From contig JBGSZX010000030.1 in the NCBI GenBank assembly GCA_041750195.1, forward strand, positions 15,772-79,771: a stretch of 64,000 nt of DNA, in the 5' to 3' direction. Shown piece by piece: positions 38,921-47,932 of the stretch. This DNA is from Bdellovibrionota bacterium (GTDB lineage: Bacteria > Bdellovibrionota > UBA2428). Position 1 is the first letter of the stretch. Every line of letters starts with the position of its first letter. The notes under the pieces are model-generated. The model did no database searches, was not told the origin of the DNA, and saw only the letters and a program-made list of their open reading frames with translations. Made by a program: the position numbers and the translations under genes.

Positions 38921-39604
38921 CTATTTTTTCGAAACGTACAAATTTAGCTCAACTTCGGAATCAAAGTCTTCCACCAAGAAAGACATCGAAGTAAACTGAC
39001 CAGAACCTGAAGCTTCAATCGAAGAAAGCCGATTGCCCAAGTTATCAGAAGCACTTTTGATCCTGCAATCCAAATAGCTATAGTCAACTTCATCTCGTTC
39101 AAATGAGCATGAAATTTTTATGTTAACCACTTTAACCGCCTTATTGATTCTCATTAGGTTTGGTCTTTGATCATTTTTGTTTGTAAAATAAAAAGTGATT
39201 TCACTAGAGTCATTACCATCTTTAAAACGAGAAGCCGTGGATTTGATACTCACGTAGTCCATCCCCAACATAGACCGGCAAGGTTCAATGGAAAGCGATT
39301 TGGCAGCGTGTCCATCAACATGTTTTTCATTCGCCCGCCAATAGTCTCCGGGAACCACGTCGCGAGGATGATAAGCACCACAGTCATCGCTTTTGTCATG
39401 AGCATAGTAGGTTGCCGAATCTGGCAAGGACTGACGCTCAGGTTCCAGACTACGGTCTATAAAAGTATTCACTTTCACTGATCCGTGATTGCCATGCGGC
39501 GGAGCTTTGCCCCCATTGGCATGAGCCGTGGCACCCAGCAAACAGGCAGTAACAGTTAATAAAAAATTGAATGTTTTAAATATGGAATTTGCTCTCATGA
39601 ACAA
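38921..39604 (-). CDS. Hypothetical secreted protein
   Basis: Signal peptide (FNFLLTVTACLLGATAHA). No recognisable family motif. Confidence 0.5.
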   Translation of the reverse strand: MFMRANSIFKTFNFLLTVTACLLGATAHANGGKAPPHGNHGSVKVNTFIDRSLEPERQSLPDSATYYAHDKSDDCGAYHPRDVVPGDYWRANEKHVDGHAAKSLSIEPCRSMLGMDYVSIKSTASRFKDGNDSSEITFYFTNKNDQRPNLMRINKAVKVVNIKISCSFERDEVDYSYLDCRIKSASDNLGNRLSSIEASGSGQFTSMSFLVEDFDSEVELNLYVSKK

Positions 39605-39738
39605 GTATTTGCATCAGGAGTGCCAATATAACTAGCTAATATTACACCATCTTTTCGGTCCAAACTGCTCAGATTTTAAACGCCAAGGTGACAAAAATTG
39701 TAATTTAACACCCTAGGGACCGACAACGCCCTATCTCC

Positions 39739-40917
39739 CTAAATAGACTTTACCAAACTTCTCGCTATGACGATTCGCTGAATTTCGCTGGTACCTTCAT
39801 ATATCTCAGTAATTTTTGCGTCCCGGAAGTGTCGCTCCATGGGGTAATCCTTTGTGTAACCGTAGCCGCCAAGAACCTGAATTCCCCTAGTGCTTACTTC
39901 CATAGCTGTTTCTGAAGCAAACAATTTAGCTTCGGCCGCCGCTCTCGAAAAATCTTTGCCCTGATCCTTTTGAAGCGCGGCCGCACGCATCAACAATCGA
40001 GCCGCATCGGTCTTGGTCGACATATCTGCAAGATGGATTTGAATCGCGCCTAAATCGGCAATCGTCTTACCAAAAGCCTCGCGTTGTGTAGCGTAAACAA
40101 CAGCTTCTTCCAATGAAGCTCTTGCAATCCCAACAGCCTGACAAGCAATTCCAATTCGTCCCCCATCAAGAGTCGACATAGCGACTTTAAATCCTTCGCC
40201 CACTTTTCCAAGCACATTGGATTCATCGACCTCAACATTTTCTAAAACAATTTGAGTTGTACTGGAGCCTGCGATTCCAAGCTTATCTTCGACCTTACCT
40301 ATCGAATACCCTTTTTGCTTCGACTCAACAATGAAGCAAGTGATGCCTCGATGTCCGGCGGCTGGGTCGGTAATGGCAAAAACCACAGCGACCTCGGCCT
40401 CTTTACCATTGGTGATAAAGTTTTTAACGCCATTCAAAACCCACTTGCCGTTTTTAAGAACGGCTTTTGTTTTCATGGCAGAAGCATCAGACCCTGAACC
40501 CGGCTCGGAAAGACAATAGCAACCAAGTTTTTTGGCGGGAGCCAATTGCTTTAAATATTTTTCTTTTTGATCATCATTCCCAAATTTATAAATAGGAGCG
40601 CAAACAAGTGAATTATTCACCGACATGATGACCGAAGTTGAGGCACAGGAAACCCCAATCTCTTCCATGGCCGTTACGTAAGCCAAAGTATCGAGACCAG
40701 CCCCACCCCATTTTTCCGGAATCATGATTCCCATAAAACCAAGTTCACCCAACTGCGTGATGATCTCCCTAGGGAATTTATGCTCTCTATCTATTTTTTC
40801 GGCAACGGGAGCGACTTCCTTTCTAGAAAAATCTCTGGCCATTTGAGCCAATGCCAAATGTTCCTCAGATAAAAAAGTGTCGGACCAAATAGCTTGATGT
40901 GTAGGTGCTTGAGCCAT
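39739..40917 (-). CDS. Acyl-CoA dehydrogenase (short/medium-chain, butyryl-CoA dehydrogenase-like)
   Basis: Full-length ACAD pattern: CLSEPGSGSDA, GGRIGIACQAVG, QVLGGYGYTKDYPMERHFRDAKITEIYEGTSEIQ. Confidence 0.9.
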   Translation of the reverse strand: MAQAPTHQAIWSDTFLSEEHLALAQMARDFSRKEVAPVAEKIDREHKFPREIITQLGELGFMGIMIPEKWGGAGLDTLAYVTAMEEIGVSCASTSVIMSVNNSLVCAPIYKFGNDDQKEKYLKQLAPAKKLGCYCLSEPGSGSDASAMKTKAVLKNGKWVLNGVKNFITNGKEAEVAVVFAITDPAAGHRGITCFIVESKQKGYSIGKVEDKLGIAGSSTTQIVLENVEVDESNVLGKVGEGFKVAMSTLDGGRIGIACQAVGIARASLEEAVVYATQREAFGKTIADLGAIQIHLADMSTKTDAARLLMRAAALQKDQGKDFSRAAAEAKLFASETAMEVSTRGIQVLGGYGYTKDYPMERHFRDAKITEIYEGTSEIQRIVIARSLVKSI

Positions 40918-41080
40918 GTCCCTATCTTCACTTTAATTTGCACATGCAGCAATGACTAAAACAAAAATTTTACACCGGCATAAACAGCCCTTTCGACAAA
41001 AAGTTCCCCGTGGTGACGGAATTTGCGCTTGGCTCAGTGCATCTTTTCTCCTCTCACGCTTCTTAAAGCTACAAAATTAA

Positions 41081-41785
41081 TTGACATCGCTACCTTTTGA
41101 GATAACAATGATTAGTATGGGGCAACAATTAAGTTTGAATGGCTTTGATCACAGATCACGCTTGTGCTTTGGAGCATCACTTTTAAAAAATTCACACGCC
41201 AAAGTTTCCAGACCCCTGAGTCCGAAGAAGCCCCTACACCTCGTGATGAGGTCGAAATATGCCATGGGAAATCGAAGCCTCTTGAAACATGAAAAATGGA
41301 TCCGCAATGTATCTGTTAAGCTCGGTAGAAAAAATGGAGTCAAGATTTTCCATCTTTCAACAGACGGGAAAGCGCTTTCTATGGTTCTTCGCTTTAGCAA
41401 ACGGAAAGAGTTTCATTCATTTCTTAGAGCACTTAGTGGTCTCATTGCCCGAAAAGTTTTGGCTGCCGAAAAAGGCTGTGCTCGAAGACACGATACTGCC
41501 TACAAGCATCAAGAAGATCATCAACCGCACTCCCAGCCCATGAAGGGACTTATTGTTAAAAAAGGCGAGAGGTTTTGGGACCAGCGGCCTTTTACGAGAA
41601 TTCTTAATTGGGGGCCAGATTTTTCTGCCTTAAAAAATGCGCTTCTAAAAAAGTGCGGTTCTAGAGATGCACTAGAGTCTCTATCCATTGGTTTTTTAAC
41701 GAAAAGAATTGTGAATACTCTTGGAAGTCACCAAATTTATGCAAAGGTTCAAATACAAATTCACAACCTTCTTAACAGTACTTAG
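41081..41785 (+). CDS. Hypothetical protein with degenerate IS200/COG1943 (Y1 transposase)-like architecture
   Basis: The layout resembles the COG1943 family: PLHLVMRS (compare PvHVTlR), then VKIFHLSTDGKALSMVLRF where NHlHLiv (HUH) is expected, then LSGLIARKV and RFWDQRPFTRIL (compare vfxdRyhxrxl). The HUH histidines and the catalytic Tyr region are not evident. TTG start. This is recognition from memory only. Confidence 0.35.
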   Translation: MTSLPFEITMISMGQQLSLNGFDHRSRLCFGASLLKNSHAKVSRPLSPKKPLHLVMRSKYAMGNRSLLKHEKWIRNVSVKLGRKNGVKIFHLSTDGKALSMVLRFSKRKEFHSFLRALSGLIARKVLAAEKGCARRHDTAYKHQEDHQPHSQPMKGLIVKKGERFWDQRPFTRILNWGPDFSALKNALLKKCGSRDALESLSIGFLTKRIVNTLGSHQIYAKVQIQIHNLLNST

Positions 41786-41872
41786 TCAGGACTTAGTTTT
41801 TATTTATTTCAATCCAGTTTTTACTGCACTCGGGGGAGTTTTAGAGAAAATTGGATTGCTTCGGGGCCAGGG

Positions 41873-41939
41873 TTCGGAATTTTACAGAGCCCTTCGATTC
41901 AATCGAACCTTGGCCCCCTGTTTTTTTTTAGACTATTGC
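41873..41939 (+). terminator. Strong intrinsic terminator (14-bp GC-rich stem plus inner 4-bp stem, T9 tract) between convergent genes
   Basis: ggggccagggttcg ... cgaaccttggcccc (one G-U pair), an inner gaat/attc pairing, then ctgttttttttt. Confidence 0.75.
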
Positions 41940-41989
41940 GCATCAACAATGCGATTATCCTTTGTGCAGAGCAATTCGCCTAAGCTATC

Positions 41990-43525
41990 TTAACCTATGA
42001 GCCTGTAGCGAGTCTTTGGGCCCGCTCCAATTTTTTGCAAATATCCCAAATCAACAGCTTCCTTAATTTTATTAGAAACGCTTCGGCTAGAAATATCAAG
42101 TTTGCTCGCCAATTCCTCTATACGAAATTCGTCCCCTCCGAAATGTCTTCGAATACTTGCCAAAACAATTGGCTCAACTGCAAAATTTTTTTGACCACAT
42201 ACGACTACTGTCGAAGCAGCCCCTGACACCAAAGAATAACGACCTTGTTCATGATTGACGCTCAAGGCACATCCTACCATTCCCAAATGATCTCTTAATC
42301 TAAACACAATTTGCCTAATTTTTTCTGGACTGCTTTCGAGATTAAAAAATTCATCTGGATAAACATGTTCAAAAATAGAGTACAGCGTTTGGCCAATATA
42401 AAAATCGGAATTAAGCGATGAAAAAAGTGTTTGTATAAGAGGAGAAACGCTAGCAGAAGCGGAACCCTTAAGCTGAACACCTGTTTCGATCAATCTTACT
42501 GCATCATCTGGGACCTGTAAAAACTCCGATGACTCGCCCGCCCCAATCAGACGCTCAAAGTCAGCCCCAACATCAAAATCACTTTTATGAAGCTTTCTAA
42601 AGTCCGAGAGAATTTTTTCTTTGTAGCTCCTAAAGGGCGTTCCCCAATAAACATACTGCAACAATGATTCATTTTGAGAACATATGGCATAATGATAGTC
42701 AAACTCTCTGACGGTCTCAAAGTGTTTTAGCTCCCAAGCCTTTGCGCGCATTTTTTTCCAGTTTTGTTTATAATCGTCTCCGCTCGATTGATGACGATTC
42801 TCATATAGTGAAACTATAAAATTCCATTTTTGGATAAAGAAAAATTCGATGCCTCCATCTTCTTTTAGATATCCCTTGGCTTGGTCCAAACATTTTTTTG
42901 CTAAGTCCCATTCGCGGCACTCAAAATAGTACTGAGCCTTAAGCTCCTCTAGATTCCCAAGCAATCTAAATTTTCCTTCAGACGCAAGAGCTCTCTGCCA
43001 CTCCAAGTCTTCAATGATTATCTTGGCTTCCTTCATTCGATCACAAAAGATATAGGATTGAAGCAGGTTCACCCTACCCACAGAAAGACGATAGCTCGAA
43101 CTTTCTTGCTCCAAAAAGGATTCTAAAAAAGGAATGGCGGCAGAGTAGTTCCATTGCTTGATCATGTTGAAGGCCTGAAACAGTTGAAGGTCTGAATTGG
43201 AGGAAACTCCAATCGTAGATAGAAGCTTTTGACTTTCTTGAACAGCCCCTAGCCCCGTTAAAGAAGCGGCATATTCGATTTTTTCGGCATCTCGAGTTTT
43301 GTATAAATTTTTGTGGCTAGGCCTAACGTAAGGGCGCAATATGCTAATTGCCCGATCCGCGCGACCACAACGTCGATAGTAATGCGCAGCCTTTAGCAAG
43401 TCACCTCTAGTGGTAGTTTTAAAATTAAGGCTGTCGAGAGTCTCGACAGCCTTTGCCAGGGCACCTTCTTCGATCGCTGATCGAATTCGCTTTTCTAGCT
43501 CATCTAGTCCTTTGGACTCCGTCAT
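41990..43525 (-). CDS. Putative transcriptional regulator: TPR-like helical repeats plus a C-terminal winged-helix/HTH
   Basis: The alpha-helical repeat-like N-terminal 300 aa is a TPR-like impression only. IRQIVFRLRDHL resembles the OmpR-type wing/recognition segment. C-terminal IEELASKLDISSRSVSNKIKEAVDLGYLQKIGAGPKTRYRL is a typical MarR/wHTH-like motif. Confidence 0.5.
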   Translation of the reverse strand: MTESKGLDELEKRIRSAIEEGALAKAVETLDSLNFKTTTRGDLLKAAHYYRRCGRADRAISILRPYVRPSHKNLYKTRDAEKIEYAASLTGLGAVQESQKLLSTIGVSSNSDLQLFQAFNMIKQWNYSAAIPFLESFLEQESSSYRLSVGRVNLLQSYIFCDRMKEAKIIIEDLEWQRALASEGKFRLLGNLEELKAQYYFECREWDLAKKCLDQAKGYLKEDGGIEFFFIQKWNFIVSLYENRHQSSGDDYKQNWKKMRAKAWELKHFETVREFDYHYAICSQNESLLQYVYWGTPFRSYKEKILSDFRKLHKSDFDVGADFERLIGAGESSEFLQVPDDAVRLIETGVQLKGSASASVSPLIQTLFSSLNSDFYIGQTLYSIFEHVYPDEFFNLESSPEKIRQIVFRLRDHLGMVGCALSVNHEQGRYSLVSGAASTVVVCGQKNFAVEPIVLASIRRHFGGDEFRIEELASKLDISSRSVSNKIKEAVDLGYLQKIGAGPKTRYRLIG

Positions 43526-43569
43526 AATTTAATTATAACAGAGCCAATACATCCAAGCCATCCCCCGCA

Positions 43570-45981
43570 TCAATGGCAACTTCCATTTTTTAGACAATCA
43601 TTATATGCGCTCCAAAAGCTTGCGAGTCCTTTCGGCATATAAGAAGTGAAGGGTAGTCGTGTAAATCCCTCGCTCAAAGAACATTTTCCATAAACATAAC
43701 CATCTTCTCCCGCAAAAGATCGATCTACGAAGTCAAAAAGATATTGAGCATTTGATGGCCAGTTTTGGACGGCTCCCTTAGTTGATCTGGCAGCAAGAAT
43801 CATTCCTGAGTACAGTGCAGCGTTTTGTGTATGATATCCATTGCCGCATGGAGAAGCCAAATTACCATTTTGATCAAGGAAACCGTTGGGATCTCCAGCA
43901 GTTTTAGTGCCAGATGAAATCTTATAAACTGAGGTGGTCAGTCCGCCAAATAAGGGGATGTTGCTTCCACTTGGATTTGGCGGTTGAACCATGTACGTCT
44001 CCCCAAAACAACTTCGCCCAGCTGGCGTTTGTAGCCTTTCATTGATCTCTGCTAACCAATCTGTTTTGTTAATTAACGTCAATCCGATTATTAATGTTCC
44101 TAACCCCCCACTACCAAATCCACCATTTGCGGCAAATGCTGCGCACGGGGCGGTATCATATTGTGAGTTTTCGTGTTTCCCTTTGCCAAACTTATGAATC
44201 ATGTACAGATCAATAGCCCTTTGCACTACAGCTGCGCCCATTTCCCTTTTTAATTTGAGCTCTTCAGAGGTATTGGCTCTCGTATTCATCCGCATGTAAG
44301 CATCCCACATCATTTGATTTTTAAATCCAGGGTAGCCTCTTCCACTATTGTAGTTGATTTCGCCGCCATGTAATTGCCTGAAGTGAAAGTCGGAGCCTAC
44401 ATTGTCAAAGTGGACGTGCTTTAAGGTATTGTGGGCCGCTTGAAAATCAATCATTCCCGTGGTCGCAGGAAGGTCACCCAAAAGATTGGGATTATAAGCG
44501 CTTGCTGGAATCATGATCTTTGATTCAGGATTGCTGTCATCTCTAAAAAATCCAGGAGCAAATACGTTTCCGGGGGGAGCCGATACTATGGTAAGAGGAG
44601 CGATAAATAGCTCACAGTTTCTGTTGGTATTCGTACATCTGCTGATTTCTGTTGTCGTGGTACCATTTAGGTTTTTGAGATTCGAAACCGATTTAAAGAT
44701 TGTTCGCGCTCCAATGCCCAGATTGTTTTTCATAAATGATCCTGTATTGAACGAAGCTCCATCAGAAATTTGAAATCTGGTATCAAATCCATCAACTCCG
44801 CCCGTGAAAGGAAATCCAGTTTTTCGCACATCGGGCTCTTCCATAAGGCCATTTCTTGTTTCAGCCCCAGAACCTGCCATCGCGGGAAGCGTGGAGCTAA
44901 GCACTAGTGCCCCGTTTTTAACTTTAGGAGCAACCCAAAATCTAGTCCCTCGATCTTCACCTTGGTGGGCCGAACTCGCAAACTCTCCACAATAGACCTC
45001 TTGATCAAACATAAAGGTGACCTTGTCCGAATCTGTGTAGGCGATCTCAACTCGGTCCGATGTACACGGAGCCTTGGGGTCAGTTGAGCCACAAAAACAT
45101 CCTTGGCCACCCGATATCGGAGCGTCGTCCTCGACTTGAATACGAATGACGCCCACAGAGCTCAGCCCTTTCGAATCACTCACAGTGTATTCGATTTCTT
45201 CGCCTCCAATAAAATCGACTGCAGGCGTAAATAGTACAGCGTTTTGCTCTAAAACAACTTCACCAAACTGTGTCTCTCCTATTGATACAACACTAAGCAG
45301 ATCTCCGTCCATATCACTATCATTCAGAAGAGGGTTTATAGTGACAATCTGATTCTTCTTCGAAAAAATTAGATCCTCTTGAGCTACGGGAGCACTATTT
45401 TCAGAATCATTAGCTCCTGAAGTTACGTGAATTTTAAAGTTATCTTCACCCGCAATGCCATCGACTCCCGATTGAAAATCAACTTTCCACCAGGTAATAA
45501 GACCAAAGCGATCATCGGTTTGAGTGGGGCCTTCGACAATGGTCCCAACGGATCCAATGGGCTGCTTTCCAAGTAGAGTTGTAGCATCAATGAGGCCTGA
45601 GCTGCGCACATTAGTTACTCTAGTGAGTTCAATAACATCACCTATCTTGAAGTCGCTGATAACCTCAGAAGGAAGCTCTAGTGATGAAGCAACCTCGCAA
45701 GATTCATAGCTAAAGCTGCCAGAAAAAGACGTGAGTTGACCTTCACTGCAGCTACGCGTTTGTGTTTCGCTTACACAGATTGAATCAAAAGGCACGATTG
45801 CCGATTGGTATCTCAAGCGAGATTCAACCTCGCCATCAACGCATTCGTTAGCAATGGGGGTGATACCACCGTCTAATTTTGGCTCAATCTGAAGCGAAAT
45901 TTCGCAGGCAGACAAAAACAAGTGCGTTGATAAGAATAGCATAGATTTCAGCGTGATTAACTTGGATGACGTTCGACACAT
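43570..45981 (-). CDS. Large lipoprotein with a cadherin/Big_9-like Ig domain and an unassigned C-terminal region of about 500 aa
   Basis: MCRTSSKLITLKSMLFLSTHLFLSAC lipobox. APVAQEDL...INPLLNDSDMDGDLLSVVSIG...FTPAVDFIGGEEIEYTVSDSKG is typical of bacterial cadherin-like/VCBS-type domains. The C-terminal part has many Cys residues and no motif I recognise. Confidence 0.6.
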   Translation of the reverse strand: MCRTSSKLITLKSMLFLSTHLFLSACEISLQIEPKLDGGITPIANECVDGEVESRLRYQSAIVPFDSICVSETQTRSCSEGQLTSFSGSFSYESCEVASSLELPSEVISDFKIGDVIELTRVTNVRSSGLIDATTLLGKQPIGSVGTIVEGPTQTDDRFGLITWWKVDFQSGVDGIAGEDNFKIHVTSGANDSENSAPVAQEDLIFSKKNQIVTINPLLNDSDMDGDLLSVVSIGETQFGEVVLEQNAVLFTPAVDFIGGEEIEYTVSDSKGLSSVGVIRIQVEDDAPISGGQGCFCGSTDPKAPCTSDRVEIAYTDSDKVTFMFDQEVYCGEFASSAHQGEDRGTRFWVAPKVKNGALVLSSTLPAMAGSGAETRNGLMEEPDVRKTGFPFTGGVDGFDTRFQISDGASFNTGSFMKNNLGIGARTIFKSVSNLKNLNGTTTTEISRCTNTNRNCELFIAPLTIVSAPPGNVFAPGFFRDDSNPESKIMIPASAYNPNLLGDLPATTGMIDFQAAHNTLKHVHFDNVGSDFHFRQLHGGEINYNSGRGYPGFKNQMMWDAYMRMNTRANTSEELKLKREMGAAVVQRAIDLYMIHKFGKGKHENSQYDTAPCAAFAANGGFGSGGLGTLIIGLTLINKTDWLAEINERLQTPAGRSCFGETYMVQPPNPSGSNIPLFGGLTTSVYKISSGTKTAGDPNGFLDQNGNLASPCGNGYHTQNAALYSGMILAARSTKGAVQNWPSNAQYLFDFVDRSFAGEDGYVYGKCSLSEGFTRLPFTSYMPKGLASFWSAYNDCLKNGSCH

Positions 45982-46176
45982 ATGAGACTCCATCTTTAGA
46001 GAAGGAATGAGTTCTGCGCTGACGTACTACTCTCTTCCTAGCTTCATAGTAGATGCATGAGAAATGTTAAGGAGTTATATTTTTTGCAAGTTAGGCTTAA
46101 TCCAAACTTAACGGGAGACACCGATAAGTATCGTCTATCATTAGCTATTGGGGGAGCTTCGAGCCAACTAAGACCT

Positions 46177-47904
46177 ATGCGTAAAAGAAAATGGGAACAA
46201 TACGAGATCATTACTTGGACCTTGTGTTCCCTGATTGCTATGTTCCTTTCTGGCTGCGGGCCTTTGTTTGGTAGCGGAAACGGTGAACCCTACACAGGAG
46301 TTCAAGACTTGAACAAAGTCGATCCCGACGACCCCAATGGAAGCCCCGGAAAAACTTATGAAGTCAAAGCTTATTCAGATGATCTTAAAGTTCTAGTTTC
46401 TTACCACAACGACGGCACTCATGAAGTAAGTGTCCTGCAACGCGCTATCGACAGCGACGAATACAAACTTCTCAAAACCGATTACACCCTGAAAAAGAGA
46501 ATCTCTGGAGCTAGGGTCTACGAATCAGACAATCTCCAATTTAGAGTCAGCGGAAATTTCGCAGATTTAAACCTGAACTATTCCAACGAATCACTTTCCA
46601 AGAACGATCTCATTCGAGCGAAATATGACTGCTCTGACAAAGTTCAAAATGAACCGTTTGCAGGCGGAGATGGAACGCAAGCCAACCCCTATAAGATATG
46701 TTCGGCAAAACAACTCAACAATATTCGAGACAGTTTTTTAAATTCATATTTTGTCCTCTGGTCGGAAATCGATTTGGCTGACTATGCAGAACAAAATAAT
46801 GGAAAGGGATGGCAACCCATTGGAAGCTATAGCACTCCATTCTCAGGAAATTTTGACGGCAATCTTTTCGCCATTCGAGGACTTAAGATCAATGATACAG
46901 TTTCTTCTCCCCCTGTTGGACTCTTCGGCGTTGTAAAAAAAGGAGGCGTACTTGGCAATATGAATTTGGAGGATGTGAACGTCCGAGGCAAGGCCAGCGT
47001 GGGTGCCCTTGCTGGCGAGATTGCCTTTGCCAAAATAATCAACGTCCAAGTGTCAGGAAGTATCTTCGCTCGAGTCAAAGATGTTGGCGGCGTTATTGGA
47101 CTCGTAAAAGAGCAAAGCGGTATTCCCTGCCAATTTTCTATTTCTCGCTCTGATGCCAATATTAATGTTTCAACCCTACAAACCCGTGCTGGGGGTCTCA
47201 TAGGAACCGTGGATTCTTGGAGCTGTCGTGGTGAAATCAGCGATTCCTCCACTGCCGGAACCGTATCGGTCACCAACAGCGATAAAGATGGATTTTATGC
47301 TGGTGGAATCATGGGTGGCGCTTACCAACCCACCCTACGCCGAGTTTCTTCAACGTCCTCCATTGTGGCAGATTCCGGAGCGGGCGGACTCATAGGCTAC
47401 ACTCATTCAGGACTAATCGAGGATTCTCACCACACGGGAACTGTCACCTCTAATAGCTCGGGAGCTGGCGGCCTTGTGGGGACGGCATTCAATGGAACCG
47501 TCATTCGAAGCTCTTATGCAAACTCTGTGATTTACTCAGAAAAAAGGCTAGGAGGATTGATCGGAGAAGCAAGTCTTGATCCGGAGATATACGATAGCTT
47601 CTTCTCTGGTGACTTAACTTATCTCTCCGGCTCAAACGAATACATGGGCGCCATATTAGGTTTCGAAGAAACCGATGGACGAGCCACTTTATCCAACACT
47701 CACTGGTACTCTTATTCCGGCTTTGCATCTTGGGCGTGCATCGGGAATAGAGACGTTAGTCGATGCAGCCCCGGCATCTCAGAAGAAATCGTCGATGAAA
47801 CACTTTTCTTTAATGCCAGCCAAGCCCCATTGAACCTTTGGAACTTCGATAGCATTTGGAAGGAAAATAGCCTTGCCTTCCCCACTCTGATCAAAGTCTA
47901 CTAA
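46177..47904 (+). CDS. GLUG-motif repeat lipoprotein (adhesin-like)
   Basis: MRKRKWEQYEIITWTLCSLIAMFLSGC lipobox from the ATG at 46177. Repeated GGLIG/GGLVG/GALAG units spaced about 25-30 aa apart, as in GLUG-domain proteins. Confidence 0.65.
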   Translation: MRKRKWEQYEIITWTLCSLIAMFLSGCGPLFGSGNGEPYTGVQDLNKVDPDDPNGSPGKTYEVKAYSDDLKVLVSYHNDGTHEVSVLQRAIDSDEYKLLKTDYTLKKRISGARVYESDNLQFRVSGNFADLNLNYSNESLSKNDLIRAKYDCSDKVQNEPFAGGDGTQANPYKICSAKQLNNIRDSFLNSYFVLWSEIDLADYAEQNNGKGWQPIGSYSTPFSGNFDGNLFAIRGLKINDTVSSPPVGLFGVVKKGGVLGNMNLEDVNVRGKASVGALAGEIAFAKIINVQVSGSIFARVKDVGGVIGLVKEQSGIPCQFSISRSDANINVSTLQTRAGGLIGTVDSWSCRGEISDSSTAGTVSVTNSDKDGFYAGGIMGGAYQPTLRRVSSTSSIVADSGAGGLIGYTHSGLIEDSHHTGTVTSNSSGAGGLVGTAFNGTVIRSSYANSVIYSEKRLGGLIGEASLDPEIYDSFFSGDLTYLSGSNEYMGAILGFEETDGRATLSNTHWYSYSGFASWACIGNRDVSRCSPGISEEIVDETLFFNASQAPLNLWNFDSIWKENSLAFPTLIKVY

Positions 47905-47932
47905 GATTTTTTGCTAACGAGAGCGCCTTATC

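Noticed and set aside
41873-41927. GGTTCG...CGAACC element that looks superficially like a tRNA T-arm
   Set aside because: There is no acceptor stem, anticodon arm or D-arm, and no GTTCRANYC context. The fold is a simple long hairpin followed by a T-run.
46827-47276. 149-aa minus-strand ORF inside the GLUG lipoprotein gene
   Set aside because: It is a shadow ORF produced by Gly/Ala/Ser-rich repeat codons, with no independent support.
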